Shown here in pieces: positions 11,761 through 22,976 of a DNA stretch of 32,000 nt. The stretch lies in the sequence record MF385003.1, one strand, 5' to 3'. Position numbers and translations under genes: made by a program. The notes beneath the pieces were generated by a model. The model worked only from the letters and a program-made list of their open reading frames with translations. It searched no databases and was not told the origin of the DNA. Positions within the stretch are counted from its first letter, which is position 1. Each line of letters opens with the position of its first letter.

Positions 11761-12453
11761 TTAAGAAGCGTTTGGATTAAGTTGATCCTGACTAGGAGCT
11801 AGTTCTAAAACTTTAGAATCTGGTAAAAGTTCTCCTTTGAAGAGCCAGACTTTAACTCCAAGTACTCCATATGTAGTATGAGCTTGTCGATGGCAATAAT
11901 CAATATCTGCTCTTAAGGTTTGCAAAGGGACTCTTCCTTCTCGGACCCATTCACTTCTCGCAATTTCTGCCCCATTCAAACGACCAGATACTTGAATTTT
12001 TACTCCTTGCGTATTTGCTCTTTGAGCTCTCTGCACAGCCTGTCTTACAGCTCTACGGAAGGCAACTCGTTTTTCCAATTGCTGAGTAATAAATTCTGCA
12101 ACTAAAGTTGCTTCAGAATCAGGATCGGAAATTTCTACAACATTAACTCGAATTTGTTTATTCAAATCTAAAATTAATGTTAATGAATTTCTTAAAGATT
12201 CAATACCTGATCCTGACTTCCCCAGAACAATTCCTGGGCGAGCAGTTGCTATTAATACTTCTACTTGATCTACTTTACGGTTGATTTCAATTTTAGCAAT
12301 ACTAGCATTACTAAGTTTATTATATATAAAAGAGCGAATTTTATGATCCTCTTGTAGAAAAGCTGAATAATCTTTTGAACTGGCAAACCATGAAGACCGA
12401 TGTTTTTGAGTAATACCTATTCGGAAACCCAAAGGATGAATTTTTTGACCCAT
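11761..12453 (-). CDS. rps3: 30S ribosomal protein S3
   Basis: 230 aa, [20 protein letters not shown]..., KH and S3-C domains. Confidence 0.96.
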   Translation of the reverse strand: MGQKIHPLGFRIGITQKHRSSWFASSKDYSAFLQEDHKIRSFIYNKLSNASIAKIEINRKVDQVEVLIATARPGIVLGKSGSGIESLRNSLTLILDLNKQIRVNVVEISDPDSEATLVAEFITQQLEKRVAFRRAVRQAVQRAQRANTQGVKIQVSGRLNGAEIARSEWVREGRVPLQTLRADIDYCHRQAHTTYGVLGVKVWLFKGELLPDSKVLELAPSQDQLNPNAS

Positions 12454-12506
12454 ATTATCCTCTACTATATATTAAAAGTTATAATTGTTGGTTTATATCT
12501 AGAGTA

Positions 12507-12866
12507 TTAGATATTACTTTCTGATACACCTAATGTAATATGACAGGTTGGCTTATGTATTGGAAAAGCTCTACCTTGAGCTCTTGGCTGAAATCTTTTT
12601 AACGTAGGTCCCTTATCTGCAAAAGCCTTGGTCACAAATAGCTGAGTTTTATTTAGCCCATTATTATGTTCTGCATTAGCTGCCGCTGATTCTAAGATTT
12701 GTTTTATATGAAAACAAGCTCTGTACGGCATAAATTCTAAAATAATTAATGCTTCCTGATATTTTCTGCCTCTAATTTGATCTAAGACACGACGAACTTT
12801 ATGCGGGGAAAGACGAATATATTTCCCTACTGCTTTAGTTTCTTTTAAGTTTTTTGTAATGCTCAT
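12507..12866 (-). CDS. rpl22: 50S ribosomal protein L22
   Basis: 119 aa, [21 protein letters not shown]... Confidence 0.93.
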   Translation of the reverse strand: MSITKNLKETKAVGKYIRLSPHKVRRVLDQIRGRKYQEALIILEFMPYRACFHIKQILESAAANAEHNNGLNKTQLFVTKAFADKGPTLKRFQPRAQGRAFPIHKPTCHITLGVSESNI

Positions 12867-12875
12867 AATTATGAT

Positions 12876-13154
12876 TTAACGACGGGCTTTTCTGTCACCT
12901 TTCACATGAGTGCGAAAAGTTCTTGTAGGAACAAATTCTCCTAACTTATGTCCGACCATTTGGTCGGACACAAAAACGGGAAAGTGCTGTTTACCATTAT
13001 AAACAGCTATTGTATGTCCAACCATATCAGGAATAATGGTAGACGATCTTGACCACGTTTTAATTATTTCTTTTTTCCCCGAAGTATTTAGTGCTTCTAT
13101 TCGAGTTAAAAGGCTCACATCAATAAAAGGGCCTTTATGTATTGATCTTGACAT
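12876..13154 (-). CDS. rps19: 30S ribosomal protein S19
   Basis: 92 aa, [12 protein letters not shown]...[15 protein letters not shown]...GHKLGEF. Confidence 0.97.
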   Translation of the reverse strand: MSRSIHKGPFIDVSLLTRIEALNTSGKKEIIKTWSRSSTIIPDMVGHTIAVYNGKQHFPVFVSDQMVGHKLGEFVPTRTFRTHVKGDRKARR

Positions 13155-13189
13155 TGTACTTGAGTATTAAATTATAGATAGGATAAAAT

Positions 13190-14017
13190 TTATTTACGGC
13201 GACGTAAAACATATGGATTACTATATTTATTCGGATTACGGGTTTTAACACCTAAAGCAGGTTTGCCCCAAGGTGTTACAGGACGAGATCTTCCAATTGG
13301 AGATTTACCTTCACCACCGCCATGAGGATGGTCTACTGGATTCATAACTACACCCCTTACAGTAGGTCTTTTTCCTAACCATCGACTTCTACCAGCTTTA
13401 CCAAGAGTAATATTACTAGCATCAATATTGCCAACTTGTCCAATGGTAGCGTAACACTCTTTTCGAATCATACGAACCTCGCTTGACGGAAGTTTAACAG
13501 TTACAAAATCTCCTTCTTTCGCAACTATTTGTGCATATGTACCTGCAGAACGAACAATTTGACCTCCACAGGAAGGTCTCAATTCTATATTATGAACAGC
13601 TGTACCTAAGGGGATACTTGATAATGGTAGGGCATTACCAACTTCAATAGGGGCTTTAGGACCAGATAGTACTGTAACTCCTACAGATAAAGAACGAGGA
13701 TGTAAAATGTATCTTTTTTCACCATCTAGATAATGAAGTAAAGCTATTCTTGCGTTTCTATTTGGATCATATTCTATAGAAGCTACTTTAGCTATTATAT
13801 TATGCCTATTTCTTTTAAAGTCGATTAATCTATATTTTTGCTTGTGACCACCACCTTTATGGCGACAAGTAATAACACCTCTGTTATTACGCCCTTTACA
13901 AAAATGGTGCTTATTGATTAACGACTTTTCTGGCTTATCAGTAGTAATTTCTGAGAAAGTGGAAACAGTCCTGTTTCTTGTCCCAGGAGTATAAGCCCTG
14001 TATAAACGAATTGCCAT
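13190..14017 (-). CDS. rpl2: 50S ribosomal protein L2
   Basis: 275 aa, ...[18 protein letters not shown]... L2 signature. No intron. Confidence 0.97.
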   Translation of the reverse strand: MAIRLYRAYTPGTRNRTVSTFSEITTDKPEKSLINKHHFCKGRNNRGVITCRHKGGGHKQKYRLIDFKRNRHNIIAKVASIEYDPNRNARIALLHYLDGEKRYILHPRSLSVGVTVLSGPKAPIEVGNALPLSSIPLGTAVHNIELRPSCGGQIVRSAGTYAQIVAKEGDFVTVKLPSSEVRMIRKECYATIGQVGNIDASNITLGKAGRSRWLGKRPTVRGVVMNPVDHPHGGGEGKSPIGRSRPVTPWGKPALGVKTRNPNKYSNPYVLRRRK

Positions 14018-14063
14018 ATGAAAATGAAAAAATTAAAAAATCAATATTTGTTATGTAATATGC

Positions 14064-14366
14064 TTAAGTTTCTGGGAATAAATTAATAGAATCTTCTGAG
14101 GCTAAAGTAACGATTGCTTTCTTATAATGTGGTCGTTTTCCTACAAATCTACCAATACTTCTTTTTTTCTTTGGAGGATGGCAAGTATTGACACCTGTAA
14201 CCTGGACATTAAAAATGTATTGGATTGCGGCTTTAATGTTGATTTTAGTTGCATTTGGGTCAACTGCAAAACAATATTGATTTTCTTCTAATAATTTTGT
14301 TGTTTTATCCGTAATGATTGGATATTTAACTAAATCTAATAAACCTCTTGAATCAATGTTATCCAT
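14064..14366 (-). CDS. rpl23: 50S ribosomal protein L23
   Basis: [14 protein letters not shown]... L23 N-terminus. The ORF-track start at 14399 is a TTG. The ATG at 14366 (MDNIDSRG...) is preferred and overlaps the rpl4 end by 8 nt (ATGGATAA). Confidence 0.9.
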   Translation of the reverse strand: MDNIDSRGLLDLVKYPIITDKTTKLLEENQYCFAVDPNATKINIKAAIQYIFNVQVTGVNTCHPPKKKRSIGRFVGKRPHYKKAIVTLASEDSINLFPET

Positions 14367-15003
14367 TATATGCCTCTTGTATTTTAGATAACGCACCAAC
14401 AGTAATAATAACTTTATGTGCAGCTAAAAGAGCCATAATATTCAAAGTATCAGCTGAAATAATTTCTACATTGTGTAAATTTCGAATTGAAAGATAAACA
14501 TTCGGATCTTTTTTATCAACTATCACTAATACTTTTTTATTAAGATTAAGGTTCCAACGAATAATAGCTTCCATAAATAACTTTGTTTTTGGCTGTTGAA
14601 AATAACTATTAAAATTTTCTACAACTAATGTATTAAGAGATTTATTATTTAATGCCGTCCTAAGAGCTAACTGTCTTTCTTTCTTATTCATCTTTTTTGC
14701 AAAACTACGAGGCTTTGGTCCAAATATTATACCTCCTCCTCTCCATAAAGGTGAACGTATTGAACCAGCTCTTGCTCTACCTGTACCTTTTTGACGCCAT
14801 GGTTTGCGTCCACCACCACGCACTTCACTTCTTGTTTTAGTATTAGCAGAGCCTTGACGCTTCTCACTGCTTTGTTTAACTAATGCTCTATGTACTAAAT
14901 ACATGCCAGACTCTTGACTGATTTCAAGATTCAAATTTGCATTGCCACTTACTTGACCTTCCCAATTATAGACTTGGTAATTTAATTGTGTTTTAACTGT
15001 CAT
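14359..15003 (-). CDS. rpl4: 50S ribosomal protein L4
   Basis: 214 aa, ...[35 protein letters not shown]... Confidence 0.96.
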   Translation of the reverse strand: MTVKTQLNYQVYNWEGQVSGNANLNLEISQESGMYLVHRALVKQSSEKRQGSANTKTRSEVRGGGRKPWRQKGTGRARAGSIRSPLWRGGGIIFGPKPRSFAKKMNKKERQLALRTALNNKSLNTLVVENFNSYFQQPKTKLFMEAIIRWNLNLNKKVLVIVDKKDPNVYLSIRNLHNVEIISADTLNIMALLAAHKVIITVGALSKIQEAYNG

Positions 15004-15029
15004 GAAATATATCGTATAAAAGAATATTG

Positions 15030-15647
15030 CTATTTACTGACTTTAACTAAAGCACCCTGTTTCCCAGGGACAGCTCCTTTTAACATTAAAAGATCATTCT
15101 CTATGTTAATGCTTACAATTTGTAAATTTTTTATTGTAACTTTCTTATTACCCATTTGGCCTGCCATATTCTTACCTGGGTATACGCGTCCAGGAGTTGT
15201 ACCTGCTCCAATCGAACCAGGCTGGCGGTGGTTCTTAGAACCATGAGACATTGGGCCTCTACTAAAATGATGTCGTTTCTGATAACCAGAGAAACCTTTG
15301 CCTATGCTTTTAGAGGACACATTAACTTTTTGCCCTACTTCAAATATATCAGTAGAAAATACTTGACTGACTTCAAAACCTTCGGTAGATTCAATCAAAT
15401 ATTCACGCAAATATTTAAGAGGAGGGGATTGAGATTTTTTTAGGTGGCCTAGTAATGGTTTACTTAATTTTTGTTCAGCAACTTGCTTATAACCAACTTG
15501 AATAGCACTATAGCCATCAGTAGACATCGATTTTATTTGAGTAACAACACATGGCCCAACTTGAATTACAGTAACTGGAATTGATAAACCAGTTTCATCA
15601 AAAAATTGAGTCATACCTACTTTAGTACCAAGTATTCCAACAGACAC
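15030..15647 (-). CDS. rpl3: 50S ribosomal protein L3
   Basis: (M)SVGILGTKVGMTQFF is the canonical L3 N-terminus. The GTG at 15647 is preceded by AGGAG with a 7-nt spacer. The ORF-track start (GTG at 15689) adds 14 non-conserved residues and has no SD. Confidence 0.92.
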   Translation of the reverse strand: MSVGILGTKVGMTQFFDETGLSIPVTVIQVGPCVVTQIKSMSTDGYSAIQVGYKQVAEQKLSKPLLGHLKKSQSPPLKYLREYLIESTEGFEVSQVFSTDIFEVGQKVNVSSKSIGKGFSGYQKRHHFSRGPMSHGSKNHRQPGSIGAGTTPGRVYPGKNMAGQMGNKKVTIKNLQIVSINIENDLLMLKGAVPGKQGALVKVSK

Positions 15648-15976
15648 TAGATTTCTCCTTTTTGAGAGATTTATACTATTATTTGACACAAAATTATAGC
15701 TTCAATAATATTAAAAGATAAGCACAGACATTGATTATCTATTATTTATAAAGATAAAAAAACTTTACCTATTCAATCTAAAATAGAAATAGATTTTTGT
15801 CCAGTTATCACTCATCTAATTCCAAAATTTTTACGTTATATATTTCTTTATGTTCGGTAAGTACACCTGTTTATTTATATATTTTTTGTGCAATATATAG
15901 TTATATGTAGTTTAGCAAGCATGACAATATAGCTAATTATATAGTAAATTCACTTGTAAACATTAGAGAGGTATTC

Positions 15977-17842
15977 ATGAGTAAAGTTGTTGGAATTGAC
16001 TTGGGAACAACTAATTCTGTAATTGCTGTTATGGAAGGAGGAAAACCTACTGTCATACCAAATGCAGAAGGTTTTAGAACTACTGCTTCTGTTGTTGCTT
16101 ATACTAAAAGTGGAGACAAATTAGTTGGGCAAATTGCTAGAAGGCAAGCTGTTATTAATCCTGAGAATACTTTTTATTCTGTAAAAAGATTTATAGGAAG
16201 AAAGCAGAATGAAATTTCTCAAGAAATTAGACAAACTTCATATAATGTGAAGACTAGTGGCTCAAGTATAAAAATTGAATGTCCTGCATTAAATAAAGAT
16301 TTTGCCCCTGAAGAAATTTCTGCCCAAGTATTAAGAAAACTTGTAGAAGATGCCAGCACATATTTAGGTGAAACCGTTACACAAGCTGTTATTACAGTAC
16401 CAGCTTATTTTAATGATTCTCAAAGACAGGCAACAAAAGATGCTGGTAAAATTGCAGGTTTAGATGTACTCCGAATTATTAATGAGCCTACAGCTGCTTC
16501 TCTATCATATGGGTTAGATAAACAAAATAATGAAACTATTCTTGTTTTCGATCTCGGAGGAGGAACATTTGACGTATCTATCTTAGAAGTTGGAGATGGA
16601 GTTTTTGAAGTTCTATCGACATCTGGAGATACGCATTTAGGTGGTGATGACTTTGATCAGCAAATTGTTGAATGGCTAATCAAAGATTTTAAACAAACTG
16701 AAGGAATTGACCTTGGTAAAGATCGGCAAGCACTGCAAAGATTAACAGAAGCCGCTGAGAAAGCAAAAATTGAACTATCAAACTTGACTCAGACAGAAAT
16801 TAATTTACCATTTATTACAGCAACGCAAGATGGACCCAAACACTTAGAAAAAACTGTTACTAGAGCAAAATTTGAAGAACTCTGCTCCAAACTAATAGAC
16901 AAATGCAGCATTCCAGTTAATAATGCTTTAAAAGACGCCAAACTAGAAGCTCTGAGTATTGATGAAGTTGTCTTAGTTGGTGGATCTACAAGAATCCCAG
17001 CTATACAACAAATGGTTAAAAGATTAATCGGGAAAGATCCTAATCAAAGCGTAAATCCTGATGAAGTTGTTGCTATTGGAGCAGCTGTTCAAGCTGGGGT
17101 TTTAGCCGGAGAAGTTAAAGATATTTTACTATTAGATGTTACTCCATTGTCTTTAGGTGTTGAAACTCTTGGTGGAGTTATGACAAAAATTATTCCAAGA
17201 AATACCACTATTCCTACTAAAAAATCTGAAGTGTTCTCTACAGCTGTAGATAATCAGCCTAATGTAGAAATTCAAGTACTTCAAGGAGAAAGGGAACTTA
17301 CTAAAGATAATAAAAGTCTAGGCACATTTCGTTTAGATGGTATTATGCCTGCACCAAGAGGTGTACCTCAAATTGAAGTTACTTTTGATATTGATGCTAA
17401 TGGTATTTTATCTGTAAAAGCAAAAGAGAAGGCAACCGGCAAAGAACAATCTATTACTATATCTGGCGCTTCCACATTACCTAAAGACGATGTAGAAAGA
17501 ATGGTAAAAGAAGCAGAAGAAAACTTTGACGTAGATCAAAAAAGAAGAAAAAATATTGACATCAGAAATCAAGCAGAATCATTGTGCTATCAGTCTGAGA
17601 AGCAAGTCAAAGAGTTTGAAGATAAAATTGATGAAGATCTAAAAAATAAAATAACAAACTTAATTAGTGAGCTACGATCTAATTTAGAGAAAGAAGAGTT
17701 TGATAATATTGAGACTACTTCCGAGAAACTACAGAATGCATTAATGGACATTGGGAAAAATGCTACCTCCGCTGAGAACAATACTCAAAGTACATCAAGT
17801 AATGATACAGTTATTGATACAGACTTCTCTGAAGCTAAGTAA
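15977..17842 (+). CDS. dnaK: Hsp70 chaperone DnaK
   Basis: 621 aa, [27 protein letters not shown] motifs. GAGAGG 7 nt upstream of the ATG. Confidence 0.98.
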   Translation: MSKVVGIDLGTTNSVIAVMEGGKPTVIPNAEGFRTTASVVAYTKSGDKLVGQIARRQAVINPENTFYSVKRFIGRKQNEISQEIRQTSYNVKTSGSSIKIECPALNKDFAPEEISAQVLRKLVEDASTYLGETVTQAVITVPAYFNDSQRQATKDAGKIAGLDVLRIINEPTAASLSYGLDKQNNETILVFDLGGGTFDVSILEVGDGVFEVLSTSGDTHLGGDDFDQQIVEWLIKDFKQTEGIDLGKDRQALQRLTEAAEKAKIELSNLTQTEINLPFITATQDGPKHLEKTVTRAKFEELCSKLIDKCSIPVNNALKDAKLEALSIDEVVLVGGSTRIPAIQQMVKRLIGKDPNQSVNPDEVVAIGAAVQAGVLAGEVKDILLLDVTPLSLGVETLGGVMTKIIPRNTTIPTKKSEVFSTAVDNQPNVEIQVLQGERELTKDNKSLGTFRLDGIMPAPRGVPQIEVTFDIDANGILSVKAKEKATGKEQSITISGASTLPKDDVERMVKEAEENFDVDQKRRKNIDIRNQAESLCYQSEKQVKEFEDKIDEDLKNKITNLISELRSNLEKEEFDNIETTSEKLQNALMDIGKNATSAENNTQSTSSNDTVIDTDFSEAK

Positions 17843-17849
17843 AGAATTA

Positions 17850-17921
17850 AGCGGGTAACGCGATTCGAACGCGCGACATCAACCTTGGCAAGGTTGCGCT
17901 CTACCACTGAGCTATACCCGC
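17850..17921 (-). tRNA. trnG: tRNA-Gly (anticodon GCC)
   Basis: Hand-folded cloverleaf: acceptor gcgggta/tacccgc, anticodon arm caacc-ttGCCaa-ggttg, T-loop ttcgaat. CCA not encoded. Confidence 0.9.
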
Positions 17922-18020
17922 ATGCGAATTATTATTACAAATATCTTGAAATTTGTCAATCTACTAATTTGAATGTAATTTAGATAATTAAAGATAAAGA
18001 TTAAAACTTCTATATTTCAG

Positions 18021-18062
18021 TCAAAAAAAGTACTTATACTCTTTTATAAGTACTTTTTTTGA
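18021..18062. terminator. 18-bp perfect stem / 6-nt loop hairpin downstream of psbZ
   Basis: tcaaaaaaagtacttata-ctcttt-tataagtactttttttga, 41 nt 3' of the psbZ stop on the minus strand. Confidence 0.6.
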
Positions 18063-18102
18063 TGGATCAGTTAAAAAGACAACTCAATATAAGATCTAAG
18101 AT

Positions 18103-18291
18103 CTAAACTACTAAAGAATTAACTAAACTGGTTACAATGACTAGCCCAGTCCATAAGCCTGCACCTGTGTAAATTAAGCCTTTGGACTGCTCCCATTGAC
18201 CTGGTGATGCTAAAACTACAGGCACACCTACTACTAATATAGTAGATAGAGTAATTAACAATAGTACAAGTAGTTGAATTGCAATAATCAT
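18103..18291 (-). CDS. psbZ: Photosystem II protein Z (ycf9)
   Basis: 62 aa, two TM helices, ...VGVPVVLASPGQWEQSK...SLVNSLVV resembles PsbZ. AAGGAG 10 nt upstream of the ATG. Confidence 0.85.
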   Translation of the reverse strand: MIIAIQLLVLLLITLSTILVVGVPVVLASPGQWEQSKGLIYTGAGLWTGLVIVTSLVNSLVV

Positions 18292-18584
18292 TTATTATAC
18301 TCTCCTTAAAAATTCAAATTTTAATAATCTTGTATATAATACAATGTAGCGCTGAACCTGCGAAAAACTATCGATGCGAAGATAATTTAAATTTATTTTT
18401 TTATCAAAAGTTTGAACTAAATATTAAAATTTTCAGCATAGATAATAATAGTTTATTTTTTAAAAATAGATAAAAAATTTAAAGAAAGTCTTTTTTAAAA
18501 AAATTTCAGAATAAGGTGATATGCTGTATAAAAAACTAAATATTATTAGTTATTAGAAAAATTTTTTAATCAGAGGTAAACAAT

Positions 18585-18722
18585 ATGAACTCAGCCCTTT
18601 TTTTAGCAAAATTGCCAGAAGCTTATGCCGTTTTTAAACCAATAGTTGACATTTTACCTGTAATTCCTGTATTTTTTCTTCTTCTGGCATTTGTGTGGCA
18701 AGCTGCCATTGGCTTTAGATAA
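18585..18722 (+). CDS. psbK: Photosystem II protein K
   Basis: Not in the ORF track. [45 protein letters not shown] (45 aa) carries the conserved PsbK core. Confidence 0.93.
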   Translation: MNSALFLAKLPEAYAVFKPIVDILPVIPVFFLLLAFVWQAAIGFR

Positions 18723-18799
18723 ATTATAATTGATAATAGTAATAACAAATTAATAAAATAAACTTTTTTAAAAATTTTTTTTAAAAAATAATAAAACTT

Positions 18800-18913
18800 A
18801 TGGTTGAACCTTTATTATCAGGAATTATTCTTGGATTAATTCCTGTCACTTTGTCTGGACTACTAGTAGCAGCTTACCTGCAGTATCAACGTGGAAATCA
18901 ATTAGGTCTATAA
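18800..18913 (+). CDS. petG: Cytochrome b6f subunit 5 (PetG)
   Basis: Not in the ORF track. [37 protein letters not shown] (37 aa), canonical PetG. Confidence 0.93.
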   Translation: MVEPLLSGIILGLIPVTLSGLLVAAYLQYQRGNQLGL

Positions 18914-19045
18914 AAAATCGTAGATATTTATAATAACTCACCTAGTTTTTTTGATTATCTACAAATAAATACATAAATTCATTATGAAATAATAATTTAT
19001 AAAAGTAACTAGTTTTTAAATTTCAAGATAGACTAATTAACCTAA

Positions 19046-19348
19046 TTACCAACTAGATTTAGTAACTCCGGGCAGAAGGCACTCATGAGACATTTCTCTA
19101 AAAACATGTCGAGATAATCCAAAATCTCTATAATAGCCTCTACTCCTACCAGTTAACCAGCATCTATTTCTACTTCGGACTGCTGCACTATTTCTAGGCA
19201 TTTCCTGTAATTTTTGTCTCAACTCCATTTTTTCAGCAAAGCTAGTAGTTCCTTTTAAGTTCTCTTTAATTGCTAAACGTTTTAAATAATATTTTTTTTC
19301 AAGTTTTTGTCTCTTAATCTCTCTTTGTATCATATTTTTTTTAGCCAT
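19046..19348 (-). CDS. rps14: 30S ribosomal protein S14
   Basis: 100 aa, [10 protein letters not shown]...[27 protein letters not shown]...LPGVTKSSW. Confidence 0.96.
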   Translation of the reverse strand: MAKKNMIQREIKRQKLEKKYYLKRLAIKENLKGTTSFAEKMELRQKLQEMPRNSAAVRSRNRCWLTGRSRGYYRDFGLSRHVFREMSHECLLPGVTKSSW

Positions 19349-19443
19349 GGTATAAGAACCTATTATTTAAATTGTTTGGAAGTATATTAGCTAAAAAAAG
19401 GCATGACTGCAATATTTAAATATGAAATGAGTAAATTAACAAA

Positions 19444-19481
19444 GTAGTACCATGTATTCAATATTTAATTGATGGTACTAC
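19444..19481. terminator. 10-bp stem hairpin 3' of petF
   Basis: gtagtaccat-(18 nt loop)-atggtactac, 28 nt downstream of the petF stop on the minus strand. Large loop, modest stability. Confidence 0.35.
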
Positions 19482-19508
19482 CACTATTTATAATTACAGT
19501 ACCTCTAT

Positions 19509-19814
<306 letters not shown>

Positions 19815-20113
19815 TTACTCCATAATAAAAGTACATTTGAAACTTAATAAAGCAACATGAATTTGAATAATTATCATATAAATTATACATTAGTTTCATT
19901 ATGAATAATAGACTGCAAAAGTAAAAAATAGTATAACATTTTAAATATTTTGGCAACATTTTAAACTAAATAGAAGTATATTAGGTTCAAAGTATTTATA
20001 TAAATTCATACAGTTAAAATTATTTTTATCATTTACATAATGAAATTTAGCAGATTGAAATTATTAACTTTATCATTCAATTACAATTAGACTTTTATAA
20101 TCATAAACTAATT

Positions 20114-20989
20114 ATGACTTTCATTTTTTCAAAAAAAATAGAGCTAAAGCCTATTTTGAAATTTGACATACCAAGAGTATGCTCACATGAAATTATTCAA
20201 GAAATTGAAGCTTTAGTGCAAAGACTATTTTTACAAGTTTGGAGGAGACCCGCAACACTAATGGCCGGCATTATTCAACCTCTACTTTGGCTAGTACTAT
20301 TTGGAGGCCTTTTCTATAATGCTCCTGTCAATTTATTTACTATTAATACAAGTTATAACTGCTTTTTAAGTTCAGGAATTATAGTATTCACTTCATTTAC
20401 TGGAGCATTAAATTCAGGCCTTCCTTTAATGTTTGATAGAGAGTTTGGATTTTTAAACAGGTTATTGACAGCACCATTAATCTCTAGAACATCTATTATT
20501 TTTTCTTCTGCAACTTTTATGACTTGCTTAAGTTTAATACAAGTTATATTTATAGTAATAGCATCTCTATTTATGGGTAATTCTCCTTTAAGCAGTAATA
20601 GCACATTAATTTTTGCCCTTATTGTTTTATTGGTTACTGTAGGTGTTACAATGTTAAGTCTAGGACTATCTTTTACTTTACCAGGTCACATTGAGCTACT
20701 TGCGCTTATTTTAGTAGTAAATTTACCATTTTTATTTTCCAGTACAGCTTTAGCGCCACTATATTTTATGCCACCCTGGCTGCAATTAATTGCAAGCCTT
20801 AATCCACTAAGCTATGCAATCGAAGGTATTAGGTACCTATACTCCAATACGGATTGGAATTTCAGTGAGTCTGTTATTAAAATTAGTTGGGGGGATATTT
20901 CTCTAGGTCAAATAATTTTACTATTATTAGTTTTAGATGTAATAGGAGCTTACATTGTGTCTAATATATTAAAGGCTAAACTTAATTAA
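20114..20989 (+). CDS. ycf38: ABC-2 type transporter permease-like membrane protein (conserved plastid ORF ycf38)
   Basis: 291 aa, about 6 predicted TM helices, RRPATLMAGIIQPLLWLVLFG... typical of ABC-2 permeases. No ATPase partner in the window. Confidence 0.7.
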   Translation: MTFIFSKKIELKPILKFDIPRVCSHEIIQEIEALVQRLFLQVWRRPATLMAGIIQPLLWLVLFGGLFYNAPVNLFTINTSYNCFLSSGIIVFTSFTGALNSGLPLMFDREFGFLNRLLTAPLISRTSIIFSSATFMTCLSLIQVIFIVIASLFMGNSPLSSNSTLIFALIVLLVTVGVTMLSLGLSFTLPGHIELLALILVVNLPFLFSSTALAPLYFMPPWLQLIASLNPLSYAIEGIRYLYSNTDWNFSESVIKISWGDISLGQIILLLLVLDVIGAYIVSNILKAKLN

Positions 20990-21185
20990 AATTAGTACGG
21001 AATATAAATTTTAATAAAAAATTTATTAAATTTATTTTACGACTATTTTCACTATATAATACTATTAGTAGTATGGATAATGGAAATGAAAATAGTTTTT
21101 CAAAATCAAAGCTATTATAGAAAATGATAAATATTTGTAAGAAAGTCAACAAAGTATGTTCTTATTCATAGGAGGCATGTAGTCA

Positions 21186-22715
21186 ATGGGACTACCATGG
21201 TACCGTGTACACACGGTTGTTTTAAATGATCCTGGACGCTTAATTGCAGTTCACCTGATGCATACTGCACTTGTAGCAGGTTGGGCAGGCTCTATGGCAT
21301 TATACGAATTAGCTGTATTTGATCCTTCAGATCCTGTCTTAAATCCGATGTGGCGACAAGGAATGTTTGTTATGCCATTTATGGCTAGACTAGGTGTAAC
21401 AGATTCTTGGGGCGGCTGGAGTATTACTGGAGAAAGTGTATCGAATCCCGGGCTATGGAGTTTTGAAGGTGTTGCTTTAACTCATATTGTTCTTTCTGGA
21501 ATGTTATTTTTAGCTGCTATTTGGCATTGGGTATATTGGGACTTGGAATTATTCAGAGACCCGCGGACTGGTGAACCAGCATTAGATTTACCAAAAATTT
21601 TTGGTATTCACTTACTTCTATCTAGTCTACTATGTTTTGGATTTGGTGCTTTTCATGTAACCGGTTTATTTGGTCCTGGCATGTGGGTATCAGATGGTTA
21701 TGGAGTCACTGGCAAAGTATTACCTGTAGCTCCAGCATGGGGACCAGAAGGATTTAATCCCTTTAATCCTGGTGGAGTTGCGTCTCACCATATTGCTGCA
21801 GGTACTGTTGGTATCTTAGCTGGTGTTTTTCATTTAACTGTTAGACCTCCACAAAGACTTTATAGAGCTCTAAGAATGGGCAATATTGAAACAGTACTCT
21901 CAAGTAGTATATCTGCTGTTTTCTTCTCCGCATTTGTAACTTGTGGAACAATGTGGTACGGCTCTGCTACTACACCTATTGAACTATTTGGTCCAACTAG
22001 ATACCAATGGGATAGTGGATATTTTCAGCAAGAGATTGAAAAAAGAGTAGAAAACGCTATTGCTGATGGAGCTGCTCCAAGTGAAGCTTGGTCCAGAATT
22101 CCTGACAAATTAGCATTTTATGATTATATTGGTAATAATCCTGCGAAAGGTGGTTTATTCAGAGCAGGTCCTATGAACAAAGGGGATGGAGTAGCTGAAG
22201 CTTGGTTGGGTCACCCAGTGTTCCAAGATAAAGAAGGTAGAGAATTAAGCGTTCGCCGAATGCCTGCATTCTTCGAGACTTTTCCAGTTATTTTAGTAGA
22301 TAAAGATGGTATTATAAGAGCTGATATTCCATTCAGGAGAGCTGAATCTAAATATAGTATTGAACAAGTTGGTGTGACAGCTAGTTTTTACGGCGGAAAA
22401 CTAAATGGACAAGTATTCAATGATGCTCCTAGTGTCAAAAAATATGCAAGAAAAGCACAACTAGGAGAAGTTTTTGAATTTGATCGAACTACATTAGAAT
22501 CAGATGGTGTATTTAGAAGTAGTCCAAGAGGCTGGTTTACATTTGGTCATGCAAACTTTGCATTAATCTTTTTCTTTGGACATCTTTGGCATGGTTCAAG
22601 AACTATTTTCCGAGATGTATTTGCTGGAATTGGTGCTGAGGTGACTGAACAAGTTGAATTTGGAGCATTCCAAAAATTAGGAGATAGAAGCAGTAAAAAG
22701 CAAGGAGCAGTATAA
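21186..22715 (+). CDS. psbB: Photosystem II CP47 chlorophyll apoprotein
   Basis: 509 aa, [43 protein letters not shown]... AGGAGG 11 nt upstream. Confidence 0.98.
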   Translation: MGLPWYRVHTVVLNDPGRLIAVHLMHTALVAGWAGSMALYELAVFDPSDPVLNPMWRQGMFVMPFMARLGVTDSWGGWSITGESVSNPGLWSFEGVALTHIVLSGMLFLAAIWHWVYWDLELFRDPRTGEPALDLPKIFGIHLLLSSLLCFGFGAFHVTGLFGPGMWVSDGYGVTGKVLPVAPAWGPEGFNPFNPGGVASHHIAAGTVGILAGVFHLTVRPPQRLYRALRMGNIETVLSSSISAVFFSAFVTCGTMWYGSATTPIELFGPTRYQWDSGYFQQEIEKRVENAIADGAAPSEAWSRIPDKLAFYDYIGNNPAKGGLFRAGPMNKGDGVAEAWLGHPVFQDKEGRELSVRRMPAFFETFPVILVDKDGIIRADIPFRRAESKYSIEQVGVTASFYGGKLNGQVFNDAPSVKKYARKAQLGEVFEFDRTTLESDGVFRSSPRGWFTFGHANFALIFFFGHLWHGSRTIFRDVFAGIGAEVTEQVEFGAFQKLGDRSSKKQGAV

Positions 22716-22808
22716 AATTCCATTGCATAATGTCACTATTCAATATTTACAATATTGAAATCATTTAGAAAAAGTTGATTATTTAATAATTACTAATCAG
22801 GAGAATTT

Positions 22809-22904
22809 ATGGAAGCCTTAGTTTATGTCTTTTTATTAACAGGAACACTAATGGTTATATTCTTTGCTATCTTTTTTAGAGAGCCACCAAGAATAGCTAA
22901 ATAA
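22809..22904 (+). CDS. psbT: Photosystem II protein T
   Basis: Not in the ORF track. [31 protein letters not shown] (31 aa). AGGAG upstream. Confidence 0.93.
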   Translation: MEALVYVFLLTGTLMVIFFAIFFREPPRIAK

Positions 22905-22920
22905 AATCATTAGGCTCAAC

Positions 22921-22976
22921 CCTACAATAATAGAACCACTTTCCAGCTTATTAGTGGAAAGTGGTTCTATTGTAGG
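22921..22976. terminator. Long hairpin (9 + 13 bp stem with a 3-nt bulge) between convergent psbT and psbN
   Basis: cctacaata(ata)gaaccactttcca-gcttattag-tggaaagtggttctattgtagg. Confidence 0.6.

Noticed and set aside
19934-19964. 11-nt direct repeat aacattttaaa (x2, 20 bp apart) in the petF/ycf38 divergent spacer
   Set aside because: By a rough estimate, an exact 11-mer recurrence in a ~300-bp spacer of this AT content is about what chance would give. No further copies or dyad symmetry were seen.
21055-21060. TATAAT hexamers upstream of psbB (21055-21060), psbH (23150-23155) and in other spacers as promoters
   Set aside because: The matching -35 elements are poor, and TATAAT is frequent by chance in these spacers. 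They cannot be supported as promoters without transcript 5'-end data.
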